DNA of 64,000 bases, taken from assembly GCA_045656885.1 (NCBI GenBank), contig JAZORZ010000071.1:2509-66508 (forward strand), in the 5' to 3' direction. Of the stretch, positions 7,544 to 15,716 are shown piece after piece. Source of the DNA: Eubacteriales bacterium. GTDB lineage: Bacteria; Bacillota; Clostridia; Oscillospirales; CAG-272. The notes under the pieces were generated by a model. It was not told where the DNA came from. It did not search any database and was given only the letters and a program-made list of their open reading frames with translations. Within the stretch, counting starts at the first letter, position 1; each line of letters begins with the position of its first letter. The position numbers and the translations under genes are program-made.

Positions 7544-9100
7544 TTATTTAGCATAATCGACGGTACGGGTCTCGCGAATAAGATTCAGCTTGATCTGACC
7601 GGGATATTTAACTTCATCTTCAATCTTCTTTGCCATTTCGCGGGCGATGAGCTTCATGCCTTCATCGTTAACGATTTCGGGCTTAACCATAACGCGGATC
7701 TCACGACCTGCCTGAATGGCGAATGCTTTGTCAACACCTTGGAAGCTTGCTGCGATTTCCTCGAGCTTTTGCAGGCGTTTAATGTAGTTTTCCATATCCT
7801 CGCGGCGTGCACCGGGACGAGCGGCAGAAACTGCGTCTGCGGCTTGAACGAGGACGGCTACGATGGTTTGGGGCTCCACGTCATTGTGGTGTGCCTCTAC
7901 TGCGTGAAGAACCTCGGGGCTCTCCTTGTACTTTTTGAGTGCGTTAACACCCAGTTCTACGTGCGAGCCTTCCATATCCTGCGGGAATGCCTTACCGATA
8001 TCGTGGAGAAGTCCTGCGCGGCGTGCGGTTGTGCCATCTACACCGAGCTCGTCTGCCATGATGCCTGCCAGCCATGCCACCTCGATGGAGTGCTGCAGTA
8101 CGTTTTGCCCATAGCTTGTGCGGTAGCGCAAGCGACCGAGCAGTTTGATCAGGTCGGGGTGGATTCCGTGTACGTGAACCTCAAAGGTTGCACGCTCACC
8201 TGCCTGCTTGATAACGTTTTCTACTTCCTTGCGGGATTTTTCAACAGTTTCTTCAATGCGTGCGGGGTGGATTCTACCGTCGGAGATCAGCTTTTCCAAT
8301 GTCAGTCTTGCAATTTCACGTCTGACGGGGTCAAAGCCCGAAATTGCAATGGTCTCAGGGGTATCGTCGATAATGAGCTCGACGCCCGTGAGGGTTTCCA
8401 GCTTTTGAATGTTACGTCCTTCACGACCGATGATGCGGCCCTTCATTTCCTCGTTGGGCAATGCCACAGCGGAAACGGTCGCCTCGGTTACGTGGTCAGC
8501 AGCACATCTTTGAATTGCCAGGGACAACAGATTGCGTGCCTTGCTTTCGGCTTCCTCTTTGAATTGTGCTTCGAGCTCGTCAAGCTTTTGCGCCATATCG
8601 TGCTTTGCTTCGGATTCAACGCGATGCATCAGCTCGGATTTGGCCTCTTCGGCGGTATAGCCGGAGATCTCTTCAAGACGAGACAGGTGTTGTGTCAGAA
8701 CCATTTGGATCTGCTCTTTCACAATGTCGTTTGCCTTCAGCTTTTCGTCCAGTTGCTCGTTTTTGCGTTCCAACGCTTCGGTCTTTTTGTCAAGGTTTTC
8801 TTCCTTTTGCACCAAACGGCGCTCTTGACGGGAAATTTCAGTGCGACGCTCTTTGAGATCACGCTCGGTCTCATTACGCAGGCGGAGCACTTCTTCTTTG
8901 CCCTCAAGGAGAAGTTCCTTCTTCTTGGCCTCGGCGTTCTTTTTGCCTTCTTCTACGATGCGCTTGGCTTCCTGCTCGGCAGAACCGATCTTCTTTTCGC
9001 CAATATTCTTACGAATAGCGAAACCGATTCCGCAACCGGCAGCACCTGCCACAACAATAGCGGCCACAACGGAGACAACCAGAACCCATAATTGTACCAT
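7544..9100 (-). CDS. rny: ribonuclease Y
   Basis: 518 aa: N-terminal TM, long coiled-coil ([11 protein letters not shown]..), KH domain ([12 protein letters not shown]) and HD domain (LLHDIGKA). Confidence 0.95.
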   Translation of the reverse strand: MVQLWVLVVSVVAAIVVAGAAGCGIGFAIRKNIGEKKIGSAEQEAKRIVEEGKKNAEAKKKELLLEGKEEVLRLRNETERDLKERRTEISRQERRLVQKEENLDKKTEALERKNEQLDEKLKANDIVKEQIQMVLTQHLSRLEEISGYTAEEAKSELMHRVESEAKHDMAQKLDELEAQFKEEAESKARNLLSLAIQRCAADHVTEATVSAVALPNEEMKGRIIGREGRNIQKLETLTGVELIIDDTPETIAISGFDPVRREIARLTLEKLISDGRIHPARIEETVEKSRKEVENVIKQAGERATFEVHVHGIHPDLIKLLGRLRYRTSYGQNVLQHSIEVAWLAGIMADELGVDGTTARRAGLLHDIGKAFPQDMEGSHVELGVNALKKYKESPEVLHAVEAHHNDVEPQTIVAVLVQAADAVSAARPGARREDMENYIKRLQKLEEIAASFQGVDKAFAIQAGREIRVMVKPEIVNDEGMKLIAREMAKKIEDEVKYPGQIKLNLIRETRTVDYAK

Positions 9101-9180
9101 TCTTACACCTCCCTTTTCTTATTTCGTTAGTATGCAGTATGAAAAATACAAACTCTTGCCGAGTGTATCATACTTATTTA

Positions 9181-9209
9181 ATTATACACAAAAAAAGCCC
9201 TTTTGTCAA
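9181..9209 (-). promoter_or_regulatory. sigma-A type promoter of rny
   Basis: The minus strand reads TTGACA-17 nt-TATAAT. Confidence 0.6.
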
Positions 9210-9328
9210 GGGCTTTTAGGGGATTTTGTATATAAGAAATATATTAAAATATTTAAGATAAACATAAAAAAGTGTTTTGTCGAATTTTGGCGTATATTAA
9301 CTATATACGGAAAAACAGGAGGTATACA

Positions 9329-10042
9329 ATGGAAAATTTCAATCAAAGTGTTTTGAACTATGGATTTACTGCCGGAACAAAAGCAATCGACAATTACAAT
9401 AGCTGTTGTTCGCTATTTGGCTTTAAACAATCTCTTAGCGGGAATTTCACCCAACAAAAAATGTTATATGCCAAAAACGCAACGCGCGAAGGCTATAGCG
9501 TATGGATGCTTGCTCATTCGAGTTTAAATGAGTCCTTCAACAAAAACAAAAAATGGTACAATATCTTTGTTTATCCAGATATAATTAGAGAAATTTGGTT
9601 TAACCCGAGTGACATTAGTGCTTCTCAAGAAGATTACTCCTATCGTGTTTGCTTTGCCAAAAACAAACACGGTATGTATGTATTTCAAGGAATATATGCA
9701 CCACAAAAAATCGAGTGGGAGGATGTTTTTGGAAAAAAAGAGCTAGTAAGAACATTTAAAAGAATATCTTTAGTTTACCCCATTGAAGAACACCATAAAA
9801 AAGAAATGCCTTCCACTAAAGTTAGCGCGCCTTCCAAAGAAGAAGCATTAGAATTACCACATGTAATTGATAAATGCCAAATAAAAGCCAAAATTCTCGA
9901 AAGCAACAAAGACACCACTATAGCAGTCGATATTGTAAACCGTCCTTTTCAAAATATCTTAATTGGTAAAAAGGTAGGCGATCGATTTTCCTTGCCTAAT
10001 GTAAAATTAACATACGAAATCAAAAAAATACAACAATCTTAG
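9329..10042 (+). CDS. hypothetical protein; C-terminal ~50 aa resemble the GreA/Rnk C-terminal domain, N-terminal domain unassigned
   Basis: ORF 9272..10042 trimmed to ATG 9329 behind AGGAGG. The C-terminus ..RPFQNILIGKKVGDRFSLPNVKLTYEIKKI resembles the GreA C-terminal pattern (..LLGKKVGD..V..P....YEI..). Visibly AT-rich versus flanks. Confidence 0.6.
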   Translation: MENFNQSVLNYGFTAGTKAIDNYNSCCSLFGFKQSLSGNFTQQKMLYAKNATREGYSVWMLAHSSLNESFNKNKKWYNIFVYPDIIREIWFNPSDISASQEDYSYRVCFAKNKHGMYVFQGIYAPQKIEWEDVFGKKELVRTFKRISLVYPIEEHHKKEMPSTKVSAPSKEEALELPHVIDKCQIKAKILESNKDTTIAVDIVNRPFQNILIGKKVGDRFSLPNVKLTYEIKKIQQS

Positions 10043-10086
10043 GTTTTACAGCATTTCGCTTAGATTTACAACAAAGGAGTTTTAAC

Positions 10087-10365
10087 ATGTCTTTTCATGT
10101 GCCATTTGAAGTTGTGCATGACATTATTGGGGTTGGAACAGCAGTCGCTATTCAAATCAAAGACAACAATAGGGTTATTCTAGTGGAATTCGGCGACAAA
10201 ACCTTAGAGTTCACATATCCCGGACAATTTTGTTTTCATTTGAGAGCAACTAACCCTCTTATTCAAGGAGAAATCCTACAAGATTTAGCACGATACAAAC
10301 CAAATGTATTTGAAATAATAACCGATACCAAAGAAACAAGAATTCGTTTTAAAAAGAGTAACTAA
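10087..10365 (+). CDS. hypothetical 92-aa protein; N-terminal half resembles small Tudor/SH3-like domains (as at the UvrD/PcrA C-terminus, DUF3553)
   Basis: AAGGAG RBS. VVHDIIGVGTAVAIQIKDNNRVILVEFGDKTLEFTYPGQF matches the pattern V.H..FG.G.V....(x)..I.V.F....K.L. AT-rich like its upstream neighbour. Confidence 0.5.
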   Translation: MSFHVPFEVVHDIIGVGTAVAIQIKDNNRVILVEFGDKTLEFTYPGQFCFHLRATNPLIQGEILQDLARYKPNVFEIITDTKETRIRFKKSN

Positions 10366-10382
10366 TAAAAATATTTTTGTTT

Positions 10383-10458
10383 GAGCGCTTTTTTGAAGGG
10401 GGTGCGGGGGAAACGTTTTTTCTCATGAAAAAAGTTCCCCCCGCATTCTCTCTCAAAT
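10383..10458 (-). repeat. Family-A short form
   Basis: gagcgcttttttgaagggggtgcgggggaaacg..gttccccccgc. Confidence 0.75.
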
Positions 10459-10464
10459 AAACAC

Positions 10465-10497
10465 ACAAAAAAGGAGCCGACCGTATGGTCGACTCCT
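10465..10497 (-). terminator. rho-independent terminator of rpsU
   Basis: GGAGCCGACC-GTAT-GGTCGACTCC hairpin followed on the minus strand by TTTTTT. Confidence 0.7.
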
Positions 10498-10518
10498 ATT
10501 TTGTAAGCGTTGTATAAA

Positions 10519-10695
10519 TTACTTATACTTACGCTTTCTGGCTGCTTCAGACTTCTTCTTACGCTTTACGCTCGGCTTCTCATAGTGTTCTCTCTTGCGA
10601 AGCTCGGTGAGGATGCCTGAACGGGCGGTTGCACGCTTAAAGCGACGAAGAGCGCTATCCAAAGATTCGCCTTCCTTTACTCTGATTTCTGCCAT
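10519..10695 (-). CDS. rpsU: 30S ribosomal protein S21
   Basis: Not in the ORF track (58 aa). Hand translation of the minus strand: [69 protein letters not shown] upstream. Confidence 0.95.
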   Translation of the reverse strand: MAEIRVKEGESLDSALRRFKRATARSGILTELRKREHYEKPSVKRKKKSEAARKRKYK

Positions 10696-10823
10696 TTTCT
10701 TATCCCTCCCCTCAACCGGTTATACAAGATTTGTTCGCGCGGCTTTGCCTTTCGCGAAATATCCTTCAAAATTATACACGATTTTTGTTTGATTGTCAAG
10801 TGTTTTTTGAATTTTTTTGATTT

Positions 10824-12023
10824 TTATTTTTTGCCCTCCAAAATCACGGGTGGACGGCGCAACTGCTCATCGGCGGCAATGGCGCGGGGCAAGCATTTGG
10901 AATAGAGAGCGGCAGATGCCGACTCCAATTCAAACTGTCGTGCCGCGGCAGGCGTTTCGGGCAGGTCGGTCTGGCGTGTAACAATAGGCAGGTCGCTTGT
11001 TTTGCGAGCAGATGCAAGGAATGCTCTGCCTACCTCGTTTGCCGCAAACAAACGGACATAGGAAACAGGTGCACGCAGATCCTCCTTCTTGACGCGCAAG
11101 AGTGCCGCAAGAACACCACGGCGGATACGCGCATCGGGATATTTTTTGGTGGCACAAAGCTCATAAAACTCGGTGAGCGTGGTGGCTTTGAGCGCGGCGT
11201 TGTGCAGCCGCCCCGCAAGACCGCTGCCAAGGCCTACGTAGCCCTCAAGCTCCTTTTGCGGTGTGAGTGCCAGCATGCCAAGCACCAACGCCTCAGCATT
11301 TTTGAGGGTTGCGGGTGCTGTTTTGGCTCTGCCCTCGCGGCGGGACACCTCTCCGCAAACACCCGGAAGATAGGACATAATGCTTTCTATTTCGTTTTCC
11401 TCCCATGCGCGACGTAGGGCGGTGGCAGAGGGGAACTCTCCCATAACCAACTCCTGCTCGGCATATCCGCTGCCCTCACGCTTAATTGTAACGGGCTTTA
11501 TGCTCGATTGCAGCGCGCGAATGGCACGCAGATAGGAAATACCGAGAATATCGTTTGGTGCACATATAGCACCCTTATCGTTTGCCATTTGGGAAAGCAG
11601 CTTGAAATAAGCACTTGCCGTGCCACCCTCGCGCTCGGTCGCTGCGATGTATGCCGCTTGGAATTCTTGGGAGTCGGCAACCTCCGCATAACGCGAAAGA
11701 AGCTCCAAGTCCCCTGACTCCGAGCCAAACCAAACCTCATCTACACCAAGACGGGAAAGGATCTCCACACCGGCGCGTCCAAAAAATTCTGCGCTCGATG
11801 CCGCATACGGAAAGGGAAGCTCAACAACGGCATCTGCCCCGCTCGATACCAAAATTTCGGCTCTCGCGTGCGGCGATAGCACCGCCGCTTCTCCGCGTTG
11901 CACAAAGTTGCCACTCATAACGCAAATGATGGCGTCGGCTCCGCTCTCGCGTGCACATTTCATTAAATATTCATGCCCCCCGTGATACGGGTTACATTCG
12001 CAAATAATACCTATGGTGTGCAT
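10824..12023 (-). CDS. tmcAL: tRNA(Met) cytidine acetate ligase (YlbM/UPF0348 nucleotidyltransferase family)
   Basis: ORF 10824..12161 trimmed to ATG 12023. MHTIGIICECNPYHGGHEYL..ICVMSGNFVQRGE..NDILGISYLRAI. Confidence 0.8.
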   Translation of the reverse strand: MHTIGIICECNPYHGGHEYLMKCARESGADAIICVMSGNFVQRGEAAVLSPHARAEILVSSGADAVVELPFPYAASSAEFFGRAGVEILSRLGVDEVWFGSESGDLELLSRYAEVADSQEFQAAYIAATEREGGTASAYFKLLSQMANDKGAICAPNDILGISYLRAIRALQSSIKPVTIKREGSGYAEQELVMGEFPSATALRRAWEENEIESIMSYLPGVCGEVSRREGRAKTAPATLKNAEALVLGMLALTPQKELEGYVGLGSGLAGRLHNAALKATTLTEFYELCATKKYPDARIRRGVLAALLRVKKEDLRAPVSYVRLFAANEVGRAFLASARKTSDLPIVTRQTDLPETPAAARQFELESASAALYSKCLPRAIAADEQLRRPPVILEGKK

Positions 12024-12153
12024 AAAAACCTTCTTTCTTTTTTGCGCGGGCACTATTGAACGTCCGCGCAGCTTGGTTTTCTTCTCTTTTGTAATTATAC
12101 CACAAAAATCGGCATTTGTCAAACAGATTTGCGGATTTTGGCACGCAAAAAAG

Positions 12154-12279
12154 TTTTCCACACCTTTCCCTCTTGTATGTGCAAAACTGTGGAAAAGTCT
12201 GTGGATTATGCGGAAAACCTGTATTTTGGTGCCATTTTTCGCCTTTTTTAGACCGTTTATGCAAAAAACCTGTGGAAAA
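12154..12279. promoter_or_regulatory. cluster of four DnaA boxes outside oriC
   Basis: TTTTCCACA (12154), TGTGGAAAA (12188), TGTGGATTA (12200), TGTGGAAAA (12271). Each is 1 mismatch from TTATCCACA/TGTGGATAA. Confidence 0.7.
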
Positions 12280-12348
12280 CTTTTGGGTTTGCTTTTTGTT
12301 TTGTCTTCTTTCTTTTTGCGTTTCTTTATTATAACTTTTATAAAAGTA

Positions 12349-12377
12349 TTGATTTTTTATAAAAAATCGGTTATAAT
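12349..12377 (+). promoter_or_regulatory. sigma-A type promoter of the mrnC operon
   Basis: TTGATT-17 nt-TATAAT. The spacer contains the palindrome TTTTTTATAAAAAA. Confidence 0.55.
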
Positions 12378-12430
12378 GGTGTCACAAAACGCTTGAAGCG
12401 GGCATTGTGCCCGCAGGAAGGAGTCGAGCG

Positions 12431-12847
12431 ATGAATTTAAGAGAAATGAGCACGCCGGCTCTTGCCTACCTCGGCGACTGTGTGATCGAGCTTTGCGTGC
12501 GTGAGCACTTGGTTGCCTCGGGGCTTTCGACCTCGCGCAACCTAAACCGTGAAGCTCTCAACTACGTTCGCGCAACAGCGCAGGCCGAGGCGATGAAAAA
12601 GCTCTTCCCAATACTCACCGAGGAAGAAGAAGCGTTCTTCCGCCGCGGACGCAATATCGGGCACACAAATGTTCCCAAAAACGCAACGGTGAGCGATTAC
12701 CGCACCGCCACGGGCATGGAAGTCCTGTTTGGATATTTGCACGTGTCCGGTCAAAAAGAACGCATTGATGAACTCTTCCGCGCCGCGTATCTCGATGGCG
12801 CAGATACAAGAAAGGAAACTGATGATTATGAACAACCCGAAGATTAA
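12431..12847 (+). CDS. mrnC: mini-ribonuclease 3
   Basis: ORF trimmed to ATG 12431 behind AGGAAGGAG. LAYLGDCVIELCVREHL..RRGRN..YRTATGMEVLFGYL. Confidence 0.85.
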   Translation: MNLREMSTPALAYLGDCVIELCVREHLVASGLSTSRNLNREALNYVRATAQAEAMKKLFPILTEEEEAFFRRGRNIGHTNVPKNATVSDYRTATGMEVLFGYLHVSGQKERIDELFRAAYLDGADTRKETDDYEQPED

Positions 12848-13331
12848 AATTGTTGTACGTGATTTTGGCACAATGACCGCCGAGCTCTACCCCGATAAAG
12901 CACCCAAAACCGTTGAAAACTTCCTTGGCCTCGTGAAGAGCGGATTTTACACAGGACTCATCTTTCACCGCGTTATCAGCGGCTTTATGATCCAAGGCGG
13001 CGGCTACAACGAGGGCTTTGGCGAAACCGATGCTCCCGCCATCAAGGGTGAGTTTGCTGCAAACGGCTTCCCTCAAAATGACCTGAAACACACCCGCGGT
13101 GTTCTTTCGATGGCGCGCACCAACAATCCCAACTCGGCATCCTCTCAATTCTTCATTATGCACCAAAACGCGCCCTATCTTGACCGTCAATACGCGGGCT
13201 TTGGCGCGGTTATTGAGGGCATTGAGGTAGTCGACAAGATCGCCGCTGTTCCCACCGGTCGCATGGGCTGGTTCGATGACGTTCCCCGCGTTCCCGTCGT
13301 CATCGAAAAGATGGAAGTTATTGAGGAGTAA
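12822..13331 (+). CDS. cyclophilin-type peptidyl-prolyl cis-trans isomerase
   Basis: FHRVISGFMIQGGG..SMARTNNPNSASSQFFI. The start (ATG 12822 or 12828) overlaps the mrnC end. Confidence 0.9.
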   Translation: MIMNNPKIKIVVRDFGTMTAELYPDKAPKTVENFLGLVKSGFYTGLIFHRVISGFMIQGGGYNEGFGETDAPAIKGEFAANGFPQNDLKHTRGVLSMARTNNPNSASSQFFIMHQNAPYLDRQYAGFGAVIEGIEVVDKIAAVPTGRMGWFDDVPRVPVVIEKMEVIEE

Positions 13332-13370
13332 TTCTTCTTCCTCAAATTTTTGGAAAGGCAGATATGATTT

Positions 13371-13853
13371 ATGAATATCAAACTGTTAAAGCTATTGAAT
13401 AAAAACGCGCGACTCTCTCCTGCCGATATGGCAACCATGCTCGGCATCAACGAGGAAGAGGTTGTTCGCGAGATTGCAGAAATGGAAAAGGAAGGTCTCA
13501 TTCGCGGCTACAAGGCCGTTATCGACTGGGATCAGCTCGACCACGCCTTTGTTTCCGCTATTATTGAACTCAAAGTTACCCCCAAGGCAGGTCTTGGCTT
13601 TGAGGACGTTGCCGCAAAGGTAATGAAATATCCCGAGGTTGAGTCGGTTTACCTGATGTCGGGCGTTTACGACCTCAACGTAGTTGTAAAGGGCAAATCT
13701 CTGCAAGACGTTGCCAATTTTGTTGCCAAGGAGCTCTCGGCTATGGAGTCGGTGACCTCTACCGCAACCCACTTTGTATTGCGCCGCTACAAGGAGCTGG
13801 ATGTAGAATTGCTCGGCAGCGGCAAGGATGAGAGAGGAAGCTACTCGCTGTGA
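13371..13853 (+). CDS. Lrp/AsnC family transcriptional regulator
   Basis: 160 aa. N-terminal HTH (LLNKNARLSPADMATMLGINEEEV) + RAM-like C-domain. Confidence 0.85.
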   Translation: MNIKLLKLLNKNARLSPADMATMLGINEEEVVREIAEMEKEGLIRGYKAVIDWDQLDHAFVSAIIELKVTPKAGLGFEDVAAKVMKYPEVESVYLMSGVYDLNVVVKGKSLQDVANFVAKELSAMESVTSTATHFVLRRYKELDVELLGSGKDERGSYSL

Positions 13854-15019
13854 TGGATTATCAAAAGCTACTCTCCCCCACCGTCGTTGGTATCAAGCCC
13901 TCGGGCATTCGTAAATTCTTTGACATTGCCGGCACAATGGAGGATGTTATTTCCCTTGGTGTTGGTGAGCCCGATTTTCCCACTCCGTGGGAGATCCGCA
14001 AGGCGGGCATTCTCTCGCTTGAGGGCGGCAAAACGCGCTACACGTCCAACCGCGGGCTGGAATTGCTCCGCGAGGAGATCGGCCGCTACGTCGAACGAAA
14101 ATACAACGTTACCTACGACGCAAAGAGTGAAATTCTCGTAACTGTTGGCGGCTCGGAGGCCATTGACGCCTGCATCCGCGCAATTGCTTCCCCCGGAGAT
14201 GAAATTATCATTCCCCAACCCAGTTACGTTTGCTACGAGCCCATTACCGCTCTGTGCGGCTGCAAGCCCGTCATTATTGAAACAAAGGCAGAAAACTCCT
14301 TCCGCCTCACGCCCGAGGAGCTCCGCTCTGCCATTACATCGCGCACCAAGGCGCTCATTCTCCCCTACCCCTGCAACCCGACGGGTGCGATTATGGAGAG
14401 AGCCGACCTTGAGGCGATCGCCGCCGTTCTGCGCGACACGAATATCCTCGTCATCTCCGACGAGATCTATGCCGAATTGACCTTTGGTGATGCCTCTCAC
14501 GTATCCATCGCATCGATTGACGGAATGAAGGAGAGAACCGTGCTCATCAACGGTTTTTCCAAGACCTTTTCGATGACAGGTTGGCGTCTCGGCTATGCCT
14601 GCGGCCCCGCACCTGTGATGGAGCAGCTCACTAAAATTCACCAATACGCCATTATGTGCGCGCCTACTACCTCGCAATACGCCGCCATTGAGGCACTGCG
14701 CAACGGAGACGAAGCCGTTGCCGCTATGCGCGAGGAATACGATATGCGCCGCCGCCTGATTGTAAACGGCTTTAACAAGCTCGGGCTTGCCTGCCGCGAG
14801 CCCAAGGGCGCGTTCTACGCCTTCCCTTGTATTCGCTCTACGGGAATGTCCTCTGAGGAGTTTTGCGAAAAACTGCTCTACTCCGAAAAAGTTGCCGTTG
14901 TTCCCGGTACCGCCTTTGGCGAGAGCGGCGAGGGCTTTGTTCGCGCCTCCTATTGCTACTCCACCGAGCACATTTTGGAAGCCCTGCACCGCATTGAAAG
15001 ATTTTTGAATAGTTTATAA
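13853..15019 (+). CDS. pyridoxal-phosphate-dependent aminotransferase, class I/II
   Basis: LGVGEPDFPTP..PCNPTG..SDEIYAEL..FSKTFSMTGWRLGY (PLP lysine motif). The start overlaps the AsnC stop. Confidence 0.9.
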   Translation: MDYQKLLSPTVVGIKPSGIRKFFDIAGTMEDVISLGVGEPDFPTPWEIRKAGILSLEGGKTRYTSNRGLELLREEIGRYVERKYNVTYDAKSEILVTVGGSEAIDACIRAIASPGDEIIIPQPSYVCYEPITALCGCKPVIIETKAENSFRLTPEELRSAITSRTKALILPYPCNPTGAIMERADLEAIAAVLRDTNILVISDEIYAELTFGDASHVSIASIDGMKERTVLINGFSKTFSMTGWRLGYACGPAPVMEQLTKIHQYAIMCAPTTSQYAAIEALRNGDEAVAAMREEYDMRRRLIVNGFNKLGLACREPKGAFYAFPCIRSTGMSSEEFCEKLLYSEKVAVVPGTAFGESGEGFVRASYCYSTEHILEALHRIERFLNSL

Positions 15020-15026
15020 GATTTAT

Positions 15027-15066
15027 GGGGAAATTTCTCTTTTGAAATTTCCCTTCTTTTTTTACA
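15027..15066 (+). terminator. rho-independent terminator after the aminotransferase
   Basis: GGGGAAATTTC-loop-GAAATTTCCC followed by TTCTTTTTTT. Confidence 0.75.
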
Positions 15067-15216
15067 CAAGGTGTAACCTTTTACCAAAAAGAGCGAGATA
15101 TAGAGTGAGCCCCTCAAAAACTGTGTTTTTGAGCCCTCTTGCAAAAAGAGGTAAAACGTGGTATAATAAGGATGTACGACATTCCTTTTTGAAAACGTCT
15201 TTTTTTGTAAAACCTA

Positions 15217-15244
15217 TTGACATTTTTCGGGGGGGGGGTATAAT
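15217..15244 (+). promoter_or_regulatory. sigma-A type promoter with a G10 homopolymer in the spacer
   Basis: TTGACA (15217-15222), 16-nt spacer tttttcGGGGGGGGGG (G10 at 15229-15238), TATAAT (15239-15244). 42 nt upstream of the first lipoprotein gene. Confidence 0.65.
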
Positions 15245-15285
15245 AAATTTACCACCCGACCCAAAAACCAAAAGGAGGACATTTT

Positions 15286-15705
15286 ATGAAGCGCGTCATT
15301 TCCATTTTACTTTTGCTTTCCCTCACCTTTTCGTTTTTCGCTTGCACCCCACACAGGAGCGAGGAGATTACCTGCGAGGATATCATTGCGGCGTATGAGA
15401 ATGCGGGCTACACAATGGAGCACCATCTGCACGAAGATCCCGTTTATCTCGAGGAAGGCATTTGTTGCAGCTTGCTGTTCCAAGACCCCGAAAACCCCGA
15501 TAAAAATTATATCTACATCGACCGCTACCGCACCGGAAGAGATGCGCGGGATGCCACTATCAAAAGCAAGTATCATCCCATTCTTTGGTTTTTCTTCGCT
15601 CTGCACGGCGAGGGGCGTTGGCGCCGCTCCAAGCAATTTGGCATACTCCACTGCACGACCTTTGACAGAAAAATGTTAAAGCCCTTGCAAAGCATTGTTG
15701 AATAA
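15286..15705 (+). CDS. hypothetical lipoprotein
   Basis: AAGGAGG RBS. Signal peptide with lipobox SFFAC. Confidence 0.65.
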   Translation: MKRVISILLLLSLTFSFFACTPHRSEEITCEDIIAAYENAGYTMEHHLHEDPVYLEEGICCSLLFQDPENPDKNYIYIDRYRTGRDARDATIKSKYHPILWFFFALHGEGRWRRSKQFGILHCTTFDRKMLKPLQSIVE

Positions 15706-15716
15706 GGAGGTACATC

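Noticed and set aside
9191-9220. Hairpin AAGCCCTT-TTGTC-AAGGGCTT with flanking A/T runs, which looks like an orphan terminator upstream of rny.
   Set aside because: On the minus strand the same bases supply the TTGACA -35 and the spacer of a perfect TTGACA-17-TATAAT promoter for rny. A dual role cannot be excluded, but no gene ends here, so I do not call it a terminator.
9270-9285. Additional Spo0A-box-like TTTGTCGAA motifs at 9274-9282 (near the AT-rich cassette promoter) and TGTCGAA at ~45885.
   Set aside because: A 7-9 bp motif in AT-rich intergenic DNA occurs easily by chance. Only the inverted pair inside oriC is reported, and even that only as a possibility.
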